Source of the DNA: Podarcis gaigeae
Lineage: Eukaryota
DNA length: 64,000 nucleotides
Assembly: GCA_964106915.2 (NCBI GenBank)
Contig: OZ066919.1
Reading direction: 5' to 3' (one strand)
The stretch's first letter is position 1. The number at the start of each line of letters is the position of its first letter. The notes beneath the pieces were generated by a model. It was not told where the DNA came from and made no database searches. It saw only the letters and a program-made list of their open reading frames with translations. Positions 38,111 through 52,149 of this stretch are shown one piece after another. Both the position numbers and the translations under genes were made by a program.

Positions 38111-38922
38111 GAAAAACACCACATTGGCTAAGATTTGAGGCCAATGCAAAATTATTCAGAGAGAGGGCAAAATCAATTATTAGCAGTTTACAGTAGAATC
38201 ATGAAAATCTGGGTAATAGGTTTTTGTGTGTGTGTTTTATAGACTAGCCACAAACAAGTGTCACTCATTACAACAAGCCATTAGCAAAAATATGACAATT
38301 AATACGTGGTCACTTTGGGCATGAGGCTTGTGCTCTTTTGGGGTCACGAGTCCATTGCATCCTGCTGTCTGCACCAACAAAACAGAATGAAATAGACATC
38401 TAGGTACCAGGAGGACCCATTGAAGTAGACTTGCAAGATATCAAGAGATTGGTTCTGAGAGCTTGGGATGTTTTTCTCTGCAGGCCAGAGACTAAATCAT
38501 GTGGTCTGTCAAAATTAGCTGGAAATTCTGGAATATTCATTAAGAGCCTTTCAGAGCTAGCAGCAACATATTCATGAAAGAAGGAAAGGGCAGAAAATAG
38601 AGGGAGGGGAAACAGGGGCAAAGAACCAAGTTCAATATGGATAATCAGAGCAGTGTTTCATGTCATTTCCTATCTAGTTTCCAGAGAACCTGAACTGATG
38701 TCACATGAAACAGATAGAAACTGAAGTAGCCTGAAGAGCACATGCAACCTGTGCCGGTGACATTTACACTGGGCTACCTTGCTATGTGCTTTTCTGCAAT
38801 TGTTGATTCAAGTCAAAATTTGGATATGTGTCCACGAGCAGTACTACATGAGGAACCTAGAGATTGAATCAGAGCTGGAGCAGAAGATGAGCAAGGAAGC
38901 TGAACACTCAGTGGGGAGCAGT

Positions 38923-38926
<4 letters not shown>

Positions 38927-38980
<54 letters not shown>

Positions 38981-39895
38981 TAATTTTATTTATACCCTGC
39001 CCTCCCCAGCCAAGACTGGGCTCAGGAAGGCTAACACTAAATATAAAAACAATTGATTGAAATACAGCTTAAAAACAACATTAAAACACAACATTAAAAC
39101 ATTAAAATGCAGCCTCATTTCAGTGGAAATTCAATCAAAAACTCTTTTAGAGATGAAAACGTCAAGTCTTCACCAAGGCTAACTATCCAGACTGGTCCTA
39201 CATGGGCCAGAAAAAAGCCAGGGAAGTCCCCAAATAAGAGTTCCAATGCAGAAGGAGAAAGGAAAAAAGAAAGAGGGGGGCGGAATCAAATTGTTTCCAA
39301 GCCAAAGGCCAGGCGGAAGAACTGTGTCTTACAGGTCTACAGAAAGAAATCAGATTCTGCAGGGCTCTGGTCTCATGAGACAGAGCGTTCCACCAGGCCG
39401 GAGCCAGTGTTGAAAAGGCCCTGGCTCTGGTTGAGGCTAATCTGACTTCCTTAGTGCCCGGGACCTCTAGGGTGTAGCTATTTATGGACCTCTGTGGTCC
39501 ATAAGGTCCTCTGTGGGGCATATCAGGAGAGGCGGTCCTATAGGTACGAGGGTCCTAGGCCGTGAAGGGCTTTAAAGGTCAAAACCAAAACCTTAAATCT
39601 GACCCTGTACTCCACCGGGAGCCAGTGCAGCTGGAAAAGCACTGGGTGAATATGCTCCCATGGCAGAAACCCAGTGAGGAACCTCACTGCAGCATTCTGC
39701 ACCCGCTGCAGTTTCTGGGACAGCTTCAAGGGCAGCCCCGCGTAGAGCGAATTACAGTAGTCAAGCCTGAAGGTGACTGTCGCATGGATCACTGTGGCCA
39801 GGTCAGGGCGGGGCGGGAAAGGTAAGGGACCAACTGCTTGATGCGGCGAAGGTGGAAAAATGTCGCCTTGGTTGTTGCTGTAACCTGCGCCTCCA
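38927..39895 (-). mobile_element. L2-clade LINE, 5'-truncated (about 970 bp), RT C-terminus and 3' UTR
   Basis: EAQVTATTKATFFHLRRIKQL; ORF 39538-39792 IHATVTFRLDYCNSLYAGLP...LQRVQNAA...LHWLPVEYRVRFKVLVLTFKALHGLGPSYL; TRARAFSTLAPAWWNAL; (TAA)n tract at 38927-38972. Confidence 0.92.
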
Positions 39896-40465
39896 GGTTA
39901 ACCTAGCAAAGGTCCAGAGAAGACCACGAGGCTTACATTCTCACTACCAACTCCTCCTTTAACTGGTCACCTTCTGGGTTATGATTCATAGTTGAGTCTT
40001 CTTCCTTCTCCCACATACAATCTTGCACTCAAATGAGTCCACTGGTGATGAAGCCGACAGGAAGCCAGACACACATATACCAACTCTAGGATTCCTGGGT
40101 TCATGCCACCTTTATTTTTAAGGGCTGGGTGACAAAGGGGAAGAATCAGGATCATGGCTAGACTGGACTGTGGTCTGACAAAACATCCATGAGCTGAGGC
40201 ACTTTCGGCTGCTTTGGGACCTTTTTGGGTTCCTCCAGAGCCTCAGTTGTATTGGGGTTCTCCGCAGGGTCTTCCTCAGAGGAGATATTTCTGAGATCTG
40301 GGCGGAGTGGGATCCTGACCATAGGTGAGGTCAAGAGATAACATGCTGCAAGCATGGAGCAAGAAGCCTACAATGCACAGAGGAAATTGAAGTGCTGCTA
40401 ATTAAGGAAGCAGAATATAAACTTGAGAGACTTCATATTTTTTCTAGTCTGGTATGGACTATTTA

Positions 40466-40474
40466 AACACACAA

Positions 40475-40525
<51 letters not shown>
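40466..40525 (+). repeat. Compound (CA)n(GA)n microsatellite
   Basis: Direct observation. Confidence 0.95.
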
Positions 40526-40529
<4 letters not shown>

Positions 40530-42333
40530 TGTGGGGTGTGAGGTGTGGATCCTTTCACCATAGCAAGTCCAGGAGAGAGTCTAGGATAACCAGACAGGGA
40601 ACAAGCACATCAATCAGGCAAAGAAAGGTAGAGTAAAACTAAGGAACACAAAAGAGCTAGCAAGAAGGTTCAAGGGATGGCAAGGAAGCTCAAAGCAGGA
40701 AGGTTGACCAGCAGCCTCTACCTTTTTCCTTTTAGTTGGTGTTGGCCTCTGGTAAACATTTCCAAGATCTGAGCAGCAGGAAGCTATTTCCAAGAATTTG
40801 GGACTTCAATATTTGATGTGAGTATAGAACATCCAGTAAAAAGCAAAATTCAAACAATGAGGCATAAGAATATAAAACTGACAGACAGAATCAAAGGTGT
40901 GTCATACAACACTAAGCAGGACCAGGAAAACAATTAGAGAGTGGCATGGGACAATGACAAAAAGTGCTAAAAATAAGGAGCTACTGTTGTGGTAGGTAGA
41001 TGCTCATTATGTGCTTGCAGAGACAATGTAGCATGAAAGACCGAGAAACTAGCTTAAAATGCAACAATATGTAAGGATTCAGAGCACTTGGAGAGCCTCC
41101 AATTCACAAGTGTGAACAGAGAGAGCAAAGGTGCATTAGCGGAAGGCATTAAGAGGAAACAGGAGTGAGAGGAGACCAATGGTATGGCCTTGTCATGCCA
41201 AGTTCCAAACAGAATCCAGCACAGCTGGTAACAAGCTACGGACGTCTTCCCTGCAGCCTAGGGAAGCGGGCAAATGGGCCTGCGGCCAATCTGCTCCCTG
41301 TAACTAGAGCGAGCCAGTGTCTGTGTGTGTGCATTCATGTTCCGCTTGAGCTGAAGCTCGGTGTTAAATTCAATGCCTTGAGTATTGATTTCCTCGCACA
41401 TGCAGAACTTTGTTAAAGGGTTTGTTGTGAACTGAGATCAAAGGGAGGTTAACTCACTTCTCATAAGTGATAAAACAGACCTCAAGAAAAATTCTGCCAC
41501 CCGGTCAATCCTCAGAGGACAGCAAGCAAGAGCTGTTAGTTACTCTTGTGTTGCCATTGTAAGGCTGCAAGCCATGAAGCTTCTGAATAAAGCTGGGATA
41601 AAAAAGAGCCCAACTCCTCACAGTGCCCTATATATCATCATGTGGAAATTCCAAAACCACCCTCACCATTTCATCTCTAATGTCTCATTCCCAAAGTGAG
41701 AGGAAAGGAGTTCATCAACTTATATCTAGGAGCTAGCAAAGGAGATGCTTCTGTCCTTGTCAGTTGTGGCTTCTTAATGAAGGGTGTCTCTAATCATTGG
41801 AAATTTATATTAAGACCGGAATGCATGTCTTGTATAGCCCCTAGTACTGGCCAAAGTCAACGTCATATTACTAGGATAAATGCATCAGTCCAACCGAGTA
41901 AGTCTGCTTGGCTTTGGTTTCCTTCTTAAATATCTTTAGACAAATGAATCGCATTCTATTTCTATAATTTATATAATATCATTAGTGTACACAGCACTTT
42001 TATAGAGTTGCCTAATCTAAAACGACAGATGCCAACACCTTTGCATTATATAGGGCAGCTTGGATCTTTTAAACAATCCAAAGCAGGTTTTCAACTCTCT
42101 CTATCACAGCTCTGCAAAAGAAGCAGCCTTGCTGGGGCAGCAAAAATACATAATCTGAGAGAACAGCACTCCAGCAGAGGAAATGGGGAGAACAAGCCTC
42201 GTAAGTAATAAAAAGGGGGGAAATAATAATGTAGGGAGATGAGCAAAGTGGAGTGAGGAATCTTGCTGGTATTTTGTCTCTTTTATTTTTCAACTAGACA
42301 AGCACCCTCACGCAATAGTCACACGGTATGGAA

Positions 42334-42831
42334 CAGGGGTCTGCAACCCGCGGCTCCGGAGCCGCATGTGGCTCTCTTACACCTTTGCCGCGGCTCCAGG
42401 ATGGATACTAGCGAGGGGAGGAGGCGCATTGTGCGCCCCGACACTCCCCAATGTGGCGGGCGCTGTACTGGCTGTGACGTCGCATGGGGGTGGTGCGTGC
42501 GTTAGTCACACACCGTCCCGACATCATCTTCCCGCCTGCCCGCTACATTGTGAGGGGCATGTACGCTGGTCACTGCATTGACAAGGGGGCATGTACGCTG
42601 GTCACTGTTTCGAAGGGGAGTGAAGAACACACACCAAAAAAAAGGTAACTTGTTAATTTAACGTTTATTTCTATGAGGAGGAGTAATTCTGAGGGGTCAA
42701 ACAAAGAAATAATTTTGAAAAAGTGACAAAAATGTTATTTTTATAATGACGAGTTTTGCGGCTCCCAGTTTTTTTTTTCTTCGGAAACGGGTCCAAGTGG
42801 CTCTTTTTGTCTTAAAGGTTGCTGACCCCTG
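42334..42831. mobile_element. hAT non-autonomous transposon (MITE), 498 bp
   Basis: 15-bp TIRs caggggtctgcaacc / ggttgctgacccctg (1 mismatch); perfect 8-bp TSD GTATGGAA; CpG-rich. Confidence 0.95.
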
Positions 42832-43078
42832 GTATGGAAGAAGAACCAAGTTCACCAAATGGCATGGCAGAACTGACTTATTGACATGGATACTGGTGGC
42901 TGCCAGAATGTCAACTGCCTCAAAATGGAAAACCTTAAGGGACTTGCAACTCTTGCTGTGGTATAAAAATATGTGGATTTTAGCACTAGCTGAAAAAAGA
43001 ATGCATGAATTAAGTGTCGCTAAAGGCTTGGAAGATCCCAAAAATTTCTATGCTTAGTGGGATTTTATCACATATACA

Positions 43079-43423
43079 GGGACGCGGGTGGCGCTGTGGG
43101 TAAAACCTCAGTGCCTAGGACTTGCCGATCACATGGTCGGCGGTTCGAATCCCCGCGACGGGGTGCGCTCCCGTCGTTCGGTCCCAGCGCCTGCCAACCT
43201 AGCAGTTCGAAAGCACCCCCGGGTGCAAGTAGATAAATAGGGACCGCTTACCAGCGGGAAGGTAAACGGCGTTCCGTGTGCTGCGCTGGCTCGCCAGATG
43301 CAGCTTGTCATGCTGGCCACGCGACCTGGAAGTATCTGCGAACAGCGCTGGCTCCCAGCCTATAGAGTGAGATGAGCGCACAACCCTAGAGTCTGGCAAG
43401 ACTGGCCCGTATGGGCAGGGGTA
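43079..43423 (+). mobile_element. Sauria SINE, young subfamily (tail falls in gap)
   Basis: gggacgcgggtggcgctgtgggtaaaacctcagtgcctaggacttgccgatc...ggttcgaatccc...gactggcccgtatgggcaggggta. Confidence 0.95.
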
Positions 43424-43566
43424 NNNNNNNNNNNNNNNNNNNNNNNNNNNNNNNNNNNNNNNNNNNNNNNNNNNNNNNNNNNNNNNNNNNNNNNNNNNNN
43501 NNNNNNNNNNNNNNNNNNNNNNNNNNNNNNNNNNNNNNNNNNNNNNNNNNNNNNNNNNNNNNNNNN
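43424..43566. other. Assembly gap
   Basis: Run of N. Confidence 1.
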
Positions 43567-44244
43567 TACAGGACTCCCTCCCAACAGTACAACATGAAAT
43601 CTGGCTTTCCTAATGGTCTTAAGTATTCCAGATATAGTGTGCTGGTTTTTTGTATTTGTTCTTCTATTATTTTTATTCCATTTCTTTGTTTGACTTACTT
43701 CAATAAAAAATATTTTAAAAACCAATCAAATCTTAAGCAATATTCAATAGGTGCTGGGAACACTTGTATGATTACATTTGATACAGGAATTGCAATAGAA
43801 AGATTTGCTTTAGTTTAAGAGTAGTGGGAGCCTTATTTTCATGTGTACAAAAATGAAATTCTAATACTGAAAAGAGTGAGGGAAGTCTGGATCCCACACT
43901 ACAAATGGGTAACAATTGCATCTTTATTGCACACAATATGTATGTGCACTCAAACCTGAGCCCTGCAGGTTTAAAATCTCAATTGCCCCACCTTGTGTTA
44001 CCATCTAGCTTCTGCCTGGATACTTTATCTGAATCAAATGATGGCAGTGTTTATAGAGCAATTGCTGTGTGTTCTCCACTTGCACAGTGATGAAGATTTC
44101 ACTTAAACTCTCAACATCTGCACATTTCAACTAAATTAGGCCATTCGCTATAAAAGAACACAATGACAGTAATGGAATAATAACAGCATTAATAAAACAC
44201 AACAATCCTTGGATGAGGAGCAGATGCATTCACAAGCTTCAGAG

Positions 44245-44298
44245 ACAGAGGGAGGGAGGGAGGGAGGGAGGGAGGGAGGGAGGGAGGGAGGGAGGGAG
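44245..44298 (+). repeat. (GGGA)n repeat, G4/triplex-prone
   Basis: Direct observation. Confidence 0.95.
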
Positions 44299-44514
44299 AA
44301 AATGAGGCTGTTTAGAAAGTCATACAATGCATATTCAGGTCTGGGGGGGGGGGGTGACCAACAACGAAGACAGGGTCAGGAGAAAATTATATTTTACCCT
44401 TACAATAAAGTCTTCCTGAATCCAGAAAGTTCTAATCTCATCAGAGGAAAGGGTTTCCTTGGAAAAACATAAGTTTGTAATGGGCATCCAAGGAGCACGA
44501 ACACGAACACATGA

Positions 44515-44517
44515 ACA

Positions 44518-44560
<43 letters not shown>
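44515..44560 (+). repeat. Compound (CA)n(GA)n microsatellite
   Basis: Direct observation. Confidence 0.95.
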
Positions 44561-44567
<7 letters not shown>

Positions 44568-46559
44568 ACCTGCAGCCCTGGAATCACATGCAGCCCTTAG
44601 CCTAACTTTAAAAGCCCTTTTCAAGCAATCAGTTTGAACCTCTGGCAAGAGCAGCTGCCAGACAAGGAAGACAAGCAGCAGGGAGAGAGAGACAGAGATC
44701 AAAAGGGTGGCAGCAAGTGAATGTTAAGGGGTGGCCCTGCCCGTAATCACTACTAGTTTCTGGCTTCATACCACCATGTGGCTCTTGAAATATCACCTGT
44801 GAGGCCATGTGGCCACCAATAGCAAAAAAAAAAACCCAACACAACCACCATTGTCCTCTCCTTATCTACATTTAAGTACTCCAAATTCTACTGTTGGGAA
44901 GCCTTGTGAGCCAAACAAAATATGCAAAAGGGCAATTTGCAATAATCTACAGGCAGTAATAAAGTTCACTAGCTGGCAAGGGTTCTTGAACTGCACTGGG
45001 CAAACGAGTAAATGCTACACAAAAATTGCATGGAAACTGAGTTGCATGGAAACTGAGTTCGAATACCAACTCAGAGATAGAAAACATTATGTCAAGACAA
45101 AATTCTGAGTTAGCAGAGCTAAAATAGAGTGAGTAATCAATTGGCAGGTAAATATTTCCACCGTCAGAGAGCAAAGTTAGTCTCCCCTTTATAGCAATGG
45201 CTTAGGAAAATTAAAAATAAATATCCTCCAAAATGCTGTTTCCCAAGGAATAGATTCATACCTATTATCAGAGGCGAAAGCCCAGTCTCAGTTGTAACTA
45301 ATGACCAGTGAGCCAGATGAGACCCAAACTGGAAAAGGTGACTCACATATTAAAACCTGATTCTCAATGTGGATGGTGATGGTGATGTGGGCGTGTGGGT
45401 TGGGACTGGCAAGTAGGTAGGAGGCCAGGTACAGTAGCTTCTTCAAAGCTCCCAGATGCTTCACTTGAATCATAGCCTCAATCTGCCACCTCCTCCTTAC
45501 CAATGCCAATCAATATCGCACAATTTGAATGTCTCCTCCTTCTTTATTCCATTATGCCATATTTTGCAATTAGGTTGCAATATCTGACCTGTTGGTTTTT
45601 TCCGTGGAATGTTCCCCAAAATGACAGACAAGCCTAATTTGCCCAGTTCATTCAGTTAATTTGCTAAATTTGGGTTTGGCATTCCAATGAATGAAGGTCT
45701 GTACCCAATTTCCAGCAGCTTCAACAAGTTACACAACGTTGCATTCTGATCTCTATATTTGAAGTGGTCTCACATGTTCACTTCGTCAACTACTACTTGG
45801 CAAAGAAAGTGATTAAGGTTGTGATTTGCAGTTTATTTAAAGGAGTGGACACATGGAGGTTCAGTTATTTTAAATACCCACAGCTACCACTCTTCTCAGA
45901 AGTGAAAGGCTGAAACGTGCTTACTTTTATTCCCTTTTCTTTTATCAATGTGCTCCTTTAACTTTTATGTTCTGAATCATTCTGAAATTGCCTTTGGGTT
46001 GAACAATAACATGAAGGACATTTTGCCAGCTTCTTTGTGAATTATGAGCAAGCCAAAAAACATCCCTCCAATTTGTGAACAGAGGAAATAATTGTCTCCC
46101 CCTTATCTGCCCCATCCTCTCACATAATAAAACAGCAAAAATAAAACATGTAGAATTCTAACACTCAACATGAAGCTGCAATCATTAAACAAACATTGAA
46201 ATACATGATAATTCAGCCCAGCCAGAAAATGCACCTATCATGCATGCAGGGGTATCACAGTCCTTTTTTTTTCCTGCCAAGTTATCTAATCTGGCCCAGT
46301 ATTTCTGCCAATATTACCTGTGGCAGTTAGCATTGCTCTAAGGGCAATTTTTGCAAGGGTGGGGAGACAACATTTCACCTGTTTAGTTGCAGCTCATCTA
46401 AATGCACAACTGAGCGCACTATCTCTACTCATAATTTCTTAACAGAGCTAAGAGAAATGGGGGAAATGAAAGAGACTAAAGAACCAGTTGCCCAGAACAC
46501 AAACAAGGTTGCAAAAATCTTTGTTGACACTACAATTTCTTCTTCCTCTGCTGATTTTT

Positions 46560-46800
46560 AGCCATCTCTGCTTCTCCCCTGAGGTGCCTCAGGTGATTGA
46601 ATGAAATACAACCCTCAGCTCCAATAAGCGTATTTCAATTACATCTGTCAACACATAACGACGTAATGATATATCATGTGATATTAAATCCATGGTAATC
46701 ATATCAGTGATTTTTTTATAGTGTGCTAATCATGTTATTACATCTCAATAATTAACAACAGAAGATCTGGAAATCTCCATTACTGTGCTCATTATGTCTT
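46560..46800. promoter_or_regulatory. Candidate highly conserved non-coding element
   Basis: AT-rich, complex block with many TAAT/ATTA cores, CTGTCA at 46645, CCTGAGG-TG-CCTCAGG inverted repeat at 46578-46593, retained CpGs. Confidence 0.5.
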
Positions 46801-48254
46801 CTGCTGCATACGAAAAACCCATAGGATGCCAGGAGGGCAGAGACTGGACATCTTAGGCTCATGAGGCAACTGTCAGGCACTGAATGGGAAGAGCAAGAGC
46901 ACACCAAGTATGAGGTGATGGTGATTATTTTTGCCTCTTGTGTCTTCTAGAATGAAGACAGACAAGTCAATGATGAGGGAGAAAAGAAAAGAGATGAGCA
47001 GCAGTGCTACCACTGTGTGTTTCAGACTGAAATCATCGTTATTGGCTATCATGATTAAATCGTAGGTTTAGGTAAGGAAGAAGCACAGCAGATAGTGACC
47101 CTCTGTGTCCCCAACCAGTACAGATCTGCTCAGCAGCCGGTATTCTCCTCCCTTACCTGCCTATGGTAAAACTAAAGATCAACCCGATTGGACTTTTATG
47201 TGACTAAAAGGGTGGGGAACGCAAGTGTCAAAATTAATTCAGATTATAGCATATCATACCCTCCAGAAGAGGGCAACCTACTGCCTTCCTCCAATGATTT
47301 TGTTGGAACTCGTCCTTAAACCGTGGATCAGTGCTTTATTTACATGGGAACTGTTTGCTCAGTGGGCCAATTGATCCATTCTGCAAGCAGGAAATCACAG
47401 TCTTGGAGAGCAAGCTGAGTGCCCAGGCTGCACACTCCTAAAGTCAAGATGGCTGTAAGATGTACAGAGAGAGATACAGGGATTATGTGGTTCCAAATCC
47501 AAACTGGGGAGAATGGTGTTTTTGGGAGGTATATTCCTAGCTTGCCTGGAAAAGGGCTAGGTATTCAAAAGTTACCTGAGGGAGAGAAGGCTACTCTCTG
47601 GCTGCAATAGAGCTTTTACACTTATCCCATTTGCAGCCTGATCAATCTAGCAGTTTCCACTCATGAGCTGATCTGAGAGAGCCTCATTACCTGCCTTAAA
47701 GTTGCAGCCATGCACTTAGCTCTTAAAGATGGGATTTCAGGAATATCTGACTGATCATTTCTCTTCTCATTTATTTCTGCTGCCCTGAACCAATTCAACC
47801 TGTAAAGTCGAAAGAGGAAGAATAAGTTGGAACATATTTGCAGAGCTCCTGCCACACTCTGCTCTTGATTTCCTGCATCCTTTTGCAAATCACCCCTACT
47901 GGATGCTATGCAAGTGGGGAGCTATGCCTACAACTCAATTGTGTCAAATGGGAACAAGGAATAGAAGATGCCCCACTCCATTGCTGGCGAAGGGAATAGA
48001 ACACTATCAGGGAAGCCCATTGAGTCGCAATACCTGAGAATCTCTCCCAAGAAGTATGAAGCTTGTCACACTGACAAGACTACTCTTGCCTCAGTGAGAT
48101 AGAAACTGCTAGCCTTCTGTCTGGAAGCAGGGAAAAGCAGTGTCTCTCCACCATGGGAGGCTACAAACCAAATTTAAATAAAATAAAAAACAAGTTTTGT
48201 TTCTCAGGAACAGAATTATGGGCCAGATTTTGGACTGTATAGTATGGTCATACC

Positions 48255-48401
48255 CAGTGCTTTTTTTCCTAAAAAATGTTTAGGGGTACTCTCATTTTGA
48301 CTCAAGAAAATCACCGTTTTATAGTTCAAATTTAATGGACAAAAGAACAAAGATTCACAAAATGTTTAGGGGTATGCGTACCCCCAGGAAAAAAAGCATT
48401 G
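48255..48401. mobile_element. hAT-type MITE, 147 bp
   Basis: 16-bp TIRs cagtgctttttttcct / aggaaaaaaagcattg; 8-bp TSD GTCATACC / GTCATTCC; internal direct repeat aaaatgtttaggggta. Confidence 0.85.
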
Positions 48402-49038
48402 GTCATTCCATTGGTCTTAACATATCTGTACATTCAGTGTGTGAATCCAGGAAGCTGCTTTATCCTGAGGTCCGATCTAAGGCCAACCCTAGTTAGTGAC
48501 CAATGTGGTACAACCCTCTTTTGGACCTAAATCACTTCAGCTTTGATACAATAAGTTTCTTGTTTGAAGACCCGCATATATACACATCCAATACAAAGAG
48601 AACATCCCTTGTAAAAATCCATCTCTGAGGTGGAACCATTTTTGTGTAATGTGCACACAGGCAACTCACCATGCGAAAACCATGTGACAAGGGGCCTATG
48701 AAAGCCTTGCACTGTGTCAATCACAGTACATTTCATCTCATCAGCAGTTCCTGGCACTAGGAGAACAGAACCTGTAGATTACAAGTCAACAAGCACAGTA
48801 TCTCAGTCAACACTACAAGGATCCACTTTACCGACGGTTATTAGCACCACCTTGACATTGCCTGTGAAAAGGGTTCAGTGACAGGAACATACTCTGTTAG
48901 GGGACAGTCCACAGGAGCAGCTTCCCCTGTATATGGGGGACTATGACCTATCCTCGGAATGCAGCAAGAGTGGAATACATCGTGAGCCAGGGTAGACATT
49001 AATATGGCCATAGCCATTTCTGTGACCACAGCAGCACT

Positions 49039-49128
49039 TTAGAAGAACTGATCCTGGTTGCCCTTGTGTAACAATCCAATTTCACAGAAACATTTCCCTT
49101 TGCAATCATGATTGAAGAGAACCTGCAT
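49039..49128 (-). other. Candidate terminal exon (MQVLFNHDCKGKCFCEIGLLHKGNQDQFF*)
   Basis: Strong acceptor ttctttacttactgttgctgtttctcccttatgtacag|ATG; no recognised homology. Confidence 0.2.
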
Positions 49129-51322
49129 CTGTACATAAGGGAGAAACAGCAACAGTAAGTAAAGAAGAACAACGCAATCAGGAAATGCTTCATTACTTTG
49201 TACATTCAGTTAAAGCAGGCAAAAGGGAGACCATTCTGCTTACCCATACAAATCTTTTACATACAAGAAGTGCTGGAAAAAATATTCAAGTCTCATATGT
49301 CAATCCAGCTCCATATTTTTTTTTCTTGGTCCCTGCCCTCTTTGCTCTTATTGAATGTCATCTGATGAAGAGTTGGAGGGCTCAAACATGTGCACACTGT
49401 TTTGTAAGATATTCAGGTTGTCGTAACAAAGGTATTGCTCTAATAAAGATTTTGACTTTTCTCCTATAGGCCAAAACAGCTACCTTGCCTGTGGCACCTG
49501 CAACAGTGCCAGTTTCACAGATTGAATCCATCGATAGTCTAAAGAAATCCCACATGTAAACTGTTTCCAAGGTGTTCAAGACTTTATAAACTATGAAATA
49601 ACTTTGAGGGAACACTTCCCACACTCCATCTCTTAAGACTCCAACCAGATGCAAATATGGATAACTTGGTTAACAATCTTGTTTTCTTCTTCTTTCCCCA
49701 ACTCTCCCAAACTGAGTACCTTAGCATCTAACAGAGGACTGGAAAAACTATGGCATTCCTGATATCATTGGACTACAACTCCCATCATTCCTGACCAATG
49801 GCCATGCTGGCGGATGCTGATGAGAGCTGGAGTGCAGCATCTGGAGGGCCATACATTCTCTGCTCTTAATCTAGCCTAATGAAGGTTTCTGAAGAACTAC
49901 AAAACATTGGCTGACCTACAAAACCTATTGACCTAATGTGTATTTTGGAATTTATTTCTAGGTAGAATTTGATGTGGACACCACACTTGCTACACTGCTA
50001 GAGCTTTTATTTAATTTTCAGTAAACGTTTGCCTCCTTGAAGTACAATCTTTTTAATAGTGGGCATGCCTCATTAACTCTGCCTTGAGAATCAGAAGCAG
50101 CAAATGCAGGATGGTGTGGTACTACTGGGGAGGGGAATGTCCATTATTTTGCTGTTAAAGGGAGGCTTTCAGAGAAGATCCTGCAAGAAACCATTTTGTT
50201 TTCCCTAAGTTTGAAATCACTCATATCAACCCAATTCCACCCTACTCCACATGTGACAAACTAACAAGAATGAAGTTGGTCAAGACTTGGAAACAACTTA
50301 TATAAAGCTGAAACTCCTGTCCATCAATGTTTGATCCAACCTAAATGGAATTCAGGTTATTCTTTGAACCCAGTTCGTCAACCTGGTCAGTTTTCTTCTA
50401 TCACTTGCAGGGGGAAAACCTTGGTAGGAAACTGTATGTACTCTAACCGCATGCAAAACAGGGATGTACTGAATAGGCCCTTTGCTAATCTGGGGTGAAG
50501 CAAGTGGGGTTTAATATTTTGCATAACTCACTGTCAAATCCCTATGAATAGTGTGAAAAGAATATTTTTCTTCTTTAAAATTGCTTAATTTCTGAGATGG
50601 GTTACTGACCATTTGTTTTCTAGCTTATTTATGCATCCCTAAGGACTAGTGACATGAAAAGTAAAATAAAAGAGAGTCTGAGAATTCTGGATTCTGAGTT
50701 TCTTCCATATAGCCATAGTCATACAGAACACACATAGCTTTGCCTATATGAGTCAGGCACATGGAGGGAAATGTTCCTGTGTGGGTCTTCAGCCAGCACG
50801 ACAGCATACAAATTTTTAATACTCAAGCTGTTCAAAGGATCAGCAGAAGGCCCCCTTATCACACTCATAATTTAGAATAGAAGCTCTTGTACATGATACA
50901 ATCCCACACCACTGGAGAGTGTGTGAATACTGCAACCACGGGGGGTGGGCATTGTGGGGAAGGAGAGATTGACAATATAATGGAACACTCTCACCAGACC
51001 ATTGCCCACACTCCCATCAGGGAAGCAATTAGGTGGTATATACCTAGGGAATCAGTCCCACACAGTTGCAACATTCACATCCACTTCCCAATGGCATGGG
51101 ATAACACCATGATGCAGCATGGATGAAGGGGGGAATACTTTATTAAATCAGCTATAGTGGCATTGACACTTTAGATTCACAGTTAAACTAAAGAGAGAAA
51201 GACCTCATACTTTGAGCGTACTTCCAGACAGCACTGCTTTTCATGGGCAGTTGAGCATTGACTGTGTCACTACCACAGTGAATCTGCACAGCTTCAATCG
51301 GGGCAGAAGGGGCAGAATAATA

Positions 51323-51530
51323 CAGTCATACCTTGGAAATCGAACCATTCCAGAAGTCTGTTCGACATCTGAAGCGTTCGACTTCCAAAGCGTGGCTCCT
51401 GCAGCCAATCGCCAATCAGAAGCCGCGGAAGCTCCATTGGATGTTCGGCTTCCAAAAGAACGTTTGAAAACCAGAACACTCACTTCTGGTTTTTGATCGT
51501 TCGGGAGCCGAAATGTACAAGTTACGACTG
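51323..51530. mobile_element. Tc1/mariner-type MITE, TA TSD
   Basis: TA|cagtcataccttg ... caagttacgactg|TA. Confidence 0.85.
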
Positions 51531-52149
51531 TACTGGCAAAAGCTGGAGGAAGAGGACTGATTTTCACATGTGTAAACCAACGTGAGTGTGCAATACTGAA
51601 AACTCACCACTAGGAAATAAGCATAAGTGGAGAAGTTGCAGATGGAATGGAATCGCAAACCAATAGCCACTGTTAGACTTGTGATGATCTTACTATCCAG
51701 CCCCATTTAGAAAGCACACCATATAACCAGTAGGTAATCAGCCAAACCACCATTGATGCACCATTCCAAGTTTGGCTCTGTCTCCTTCCTTGCTACCTCT
51801 CCCCAAACATTTAAACAAGGGACCCACGGCATGTCCAAAAGGTCCAAATCTTTCCAGATACATTCCAGTTTGAAACCGGAAACACACCATCACAGTCATG
51901 CATTACTAACATGCCAACGCAGAGCTTTCTTTGGCTTTCCCCATTGCTCTGTGCCCAGAACACACATTCCAGCAATCTCTCCACTGCAGCTTGCATTGCT
52001 GGGGCAGCCATGTCCACAGCCACAATCCCGGGAAGGATCCTACCTCTGCACAAGGCTGTCCAAGAACTTGACAGGGCTCTGTTTGAAAAAAGCTGTTGAA
52101 AGAAATGATCTCTTTAAGTGCAATGGGGAGATATTTGTCTCTGATTTAC

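Noticed and set aside
39107-39825. ORFs with real protein character
   Set aside because: They are the L2 reverse-transcriptase remnant and its antisense frames, not a host gene
43079-43160. tRNA-like A/B boxes (ggttcgaatccc)
   Set aside because: Head of a Sauria SINE, not a tRNA gene
43360-43818. ORFs of 121-135 aa
   Set aside because: They span a Sauria SINE and an assembly gap
45345-45490. Minus-strand frame ending in PHHHHHPH* near a GTGAGT donor-like site
   Set aside because: In-frame stop just upstream, no good acceptor; the His run is explained by a short (CACCAT) repeat
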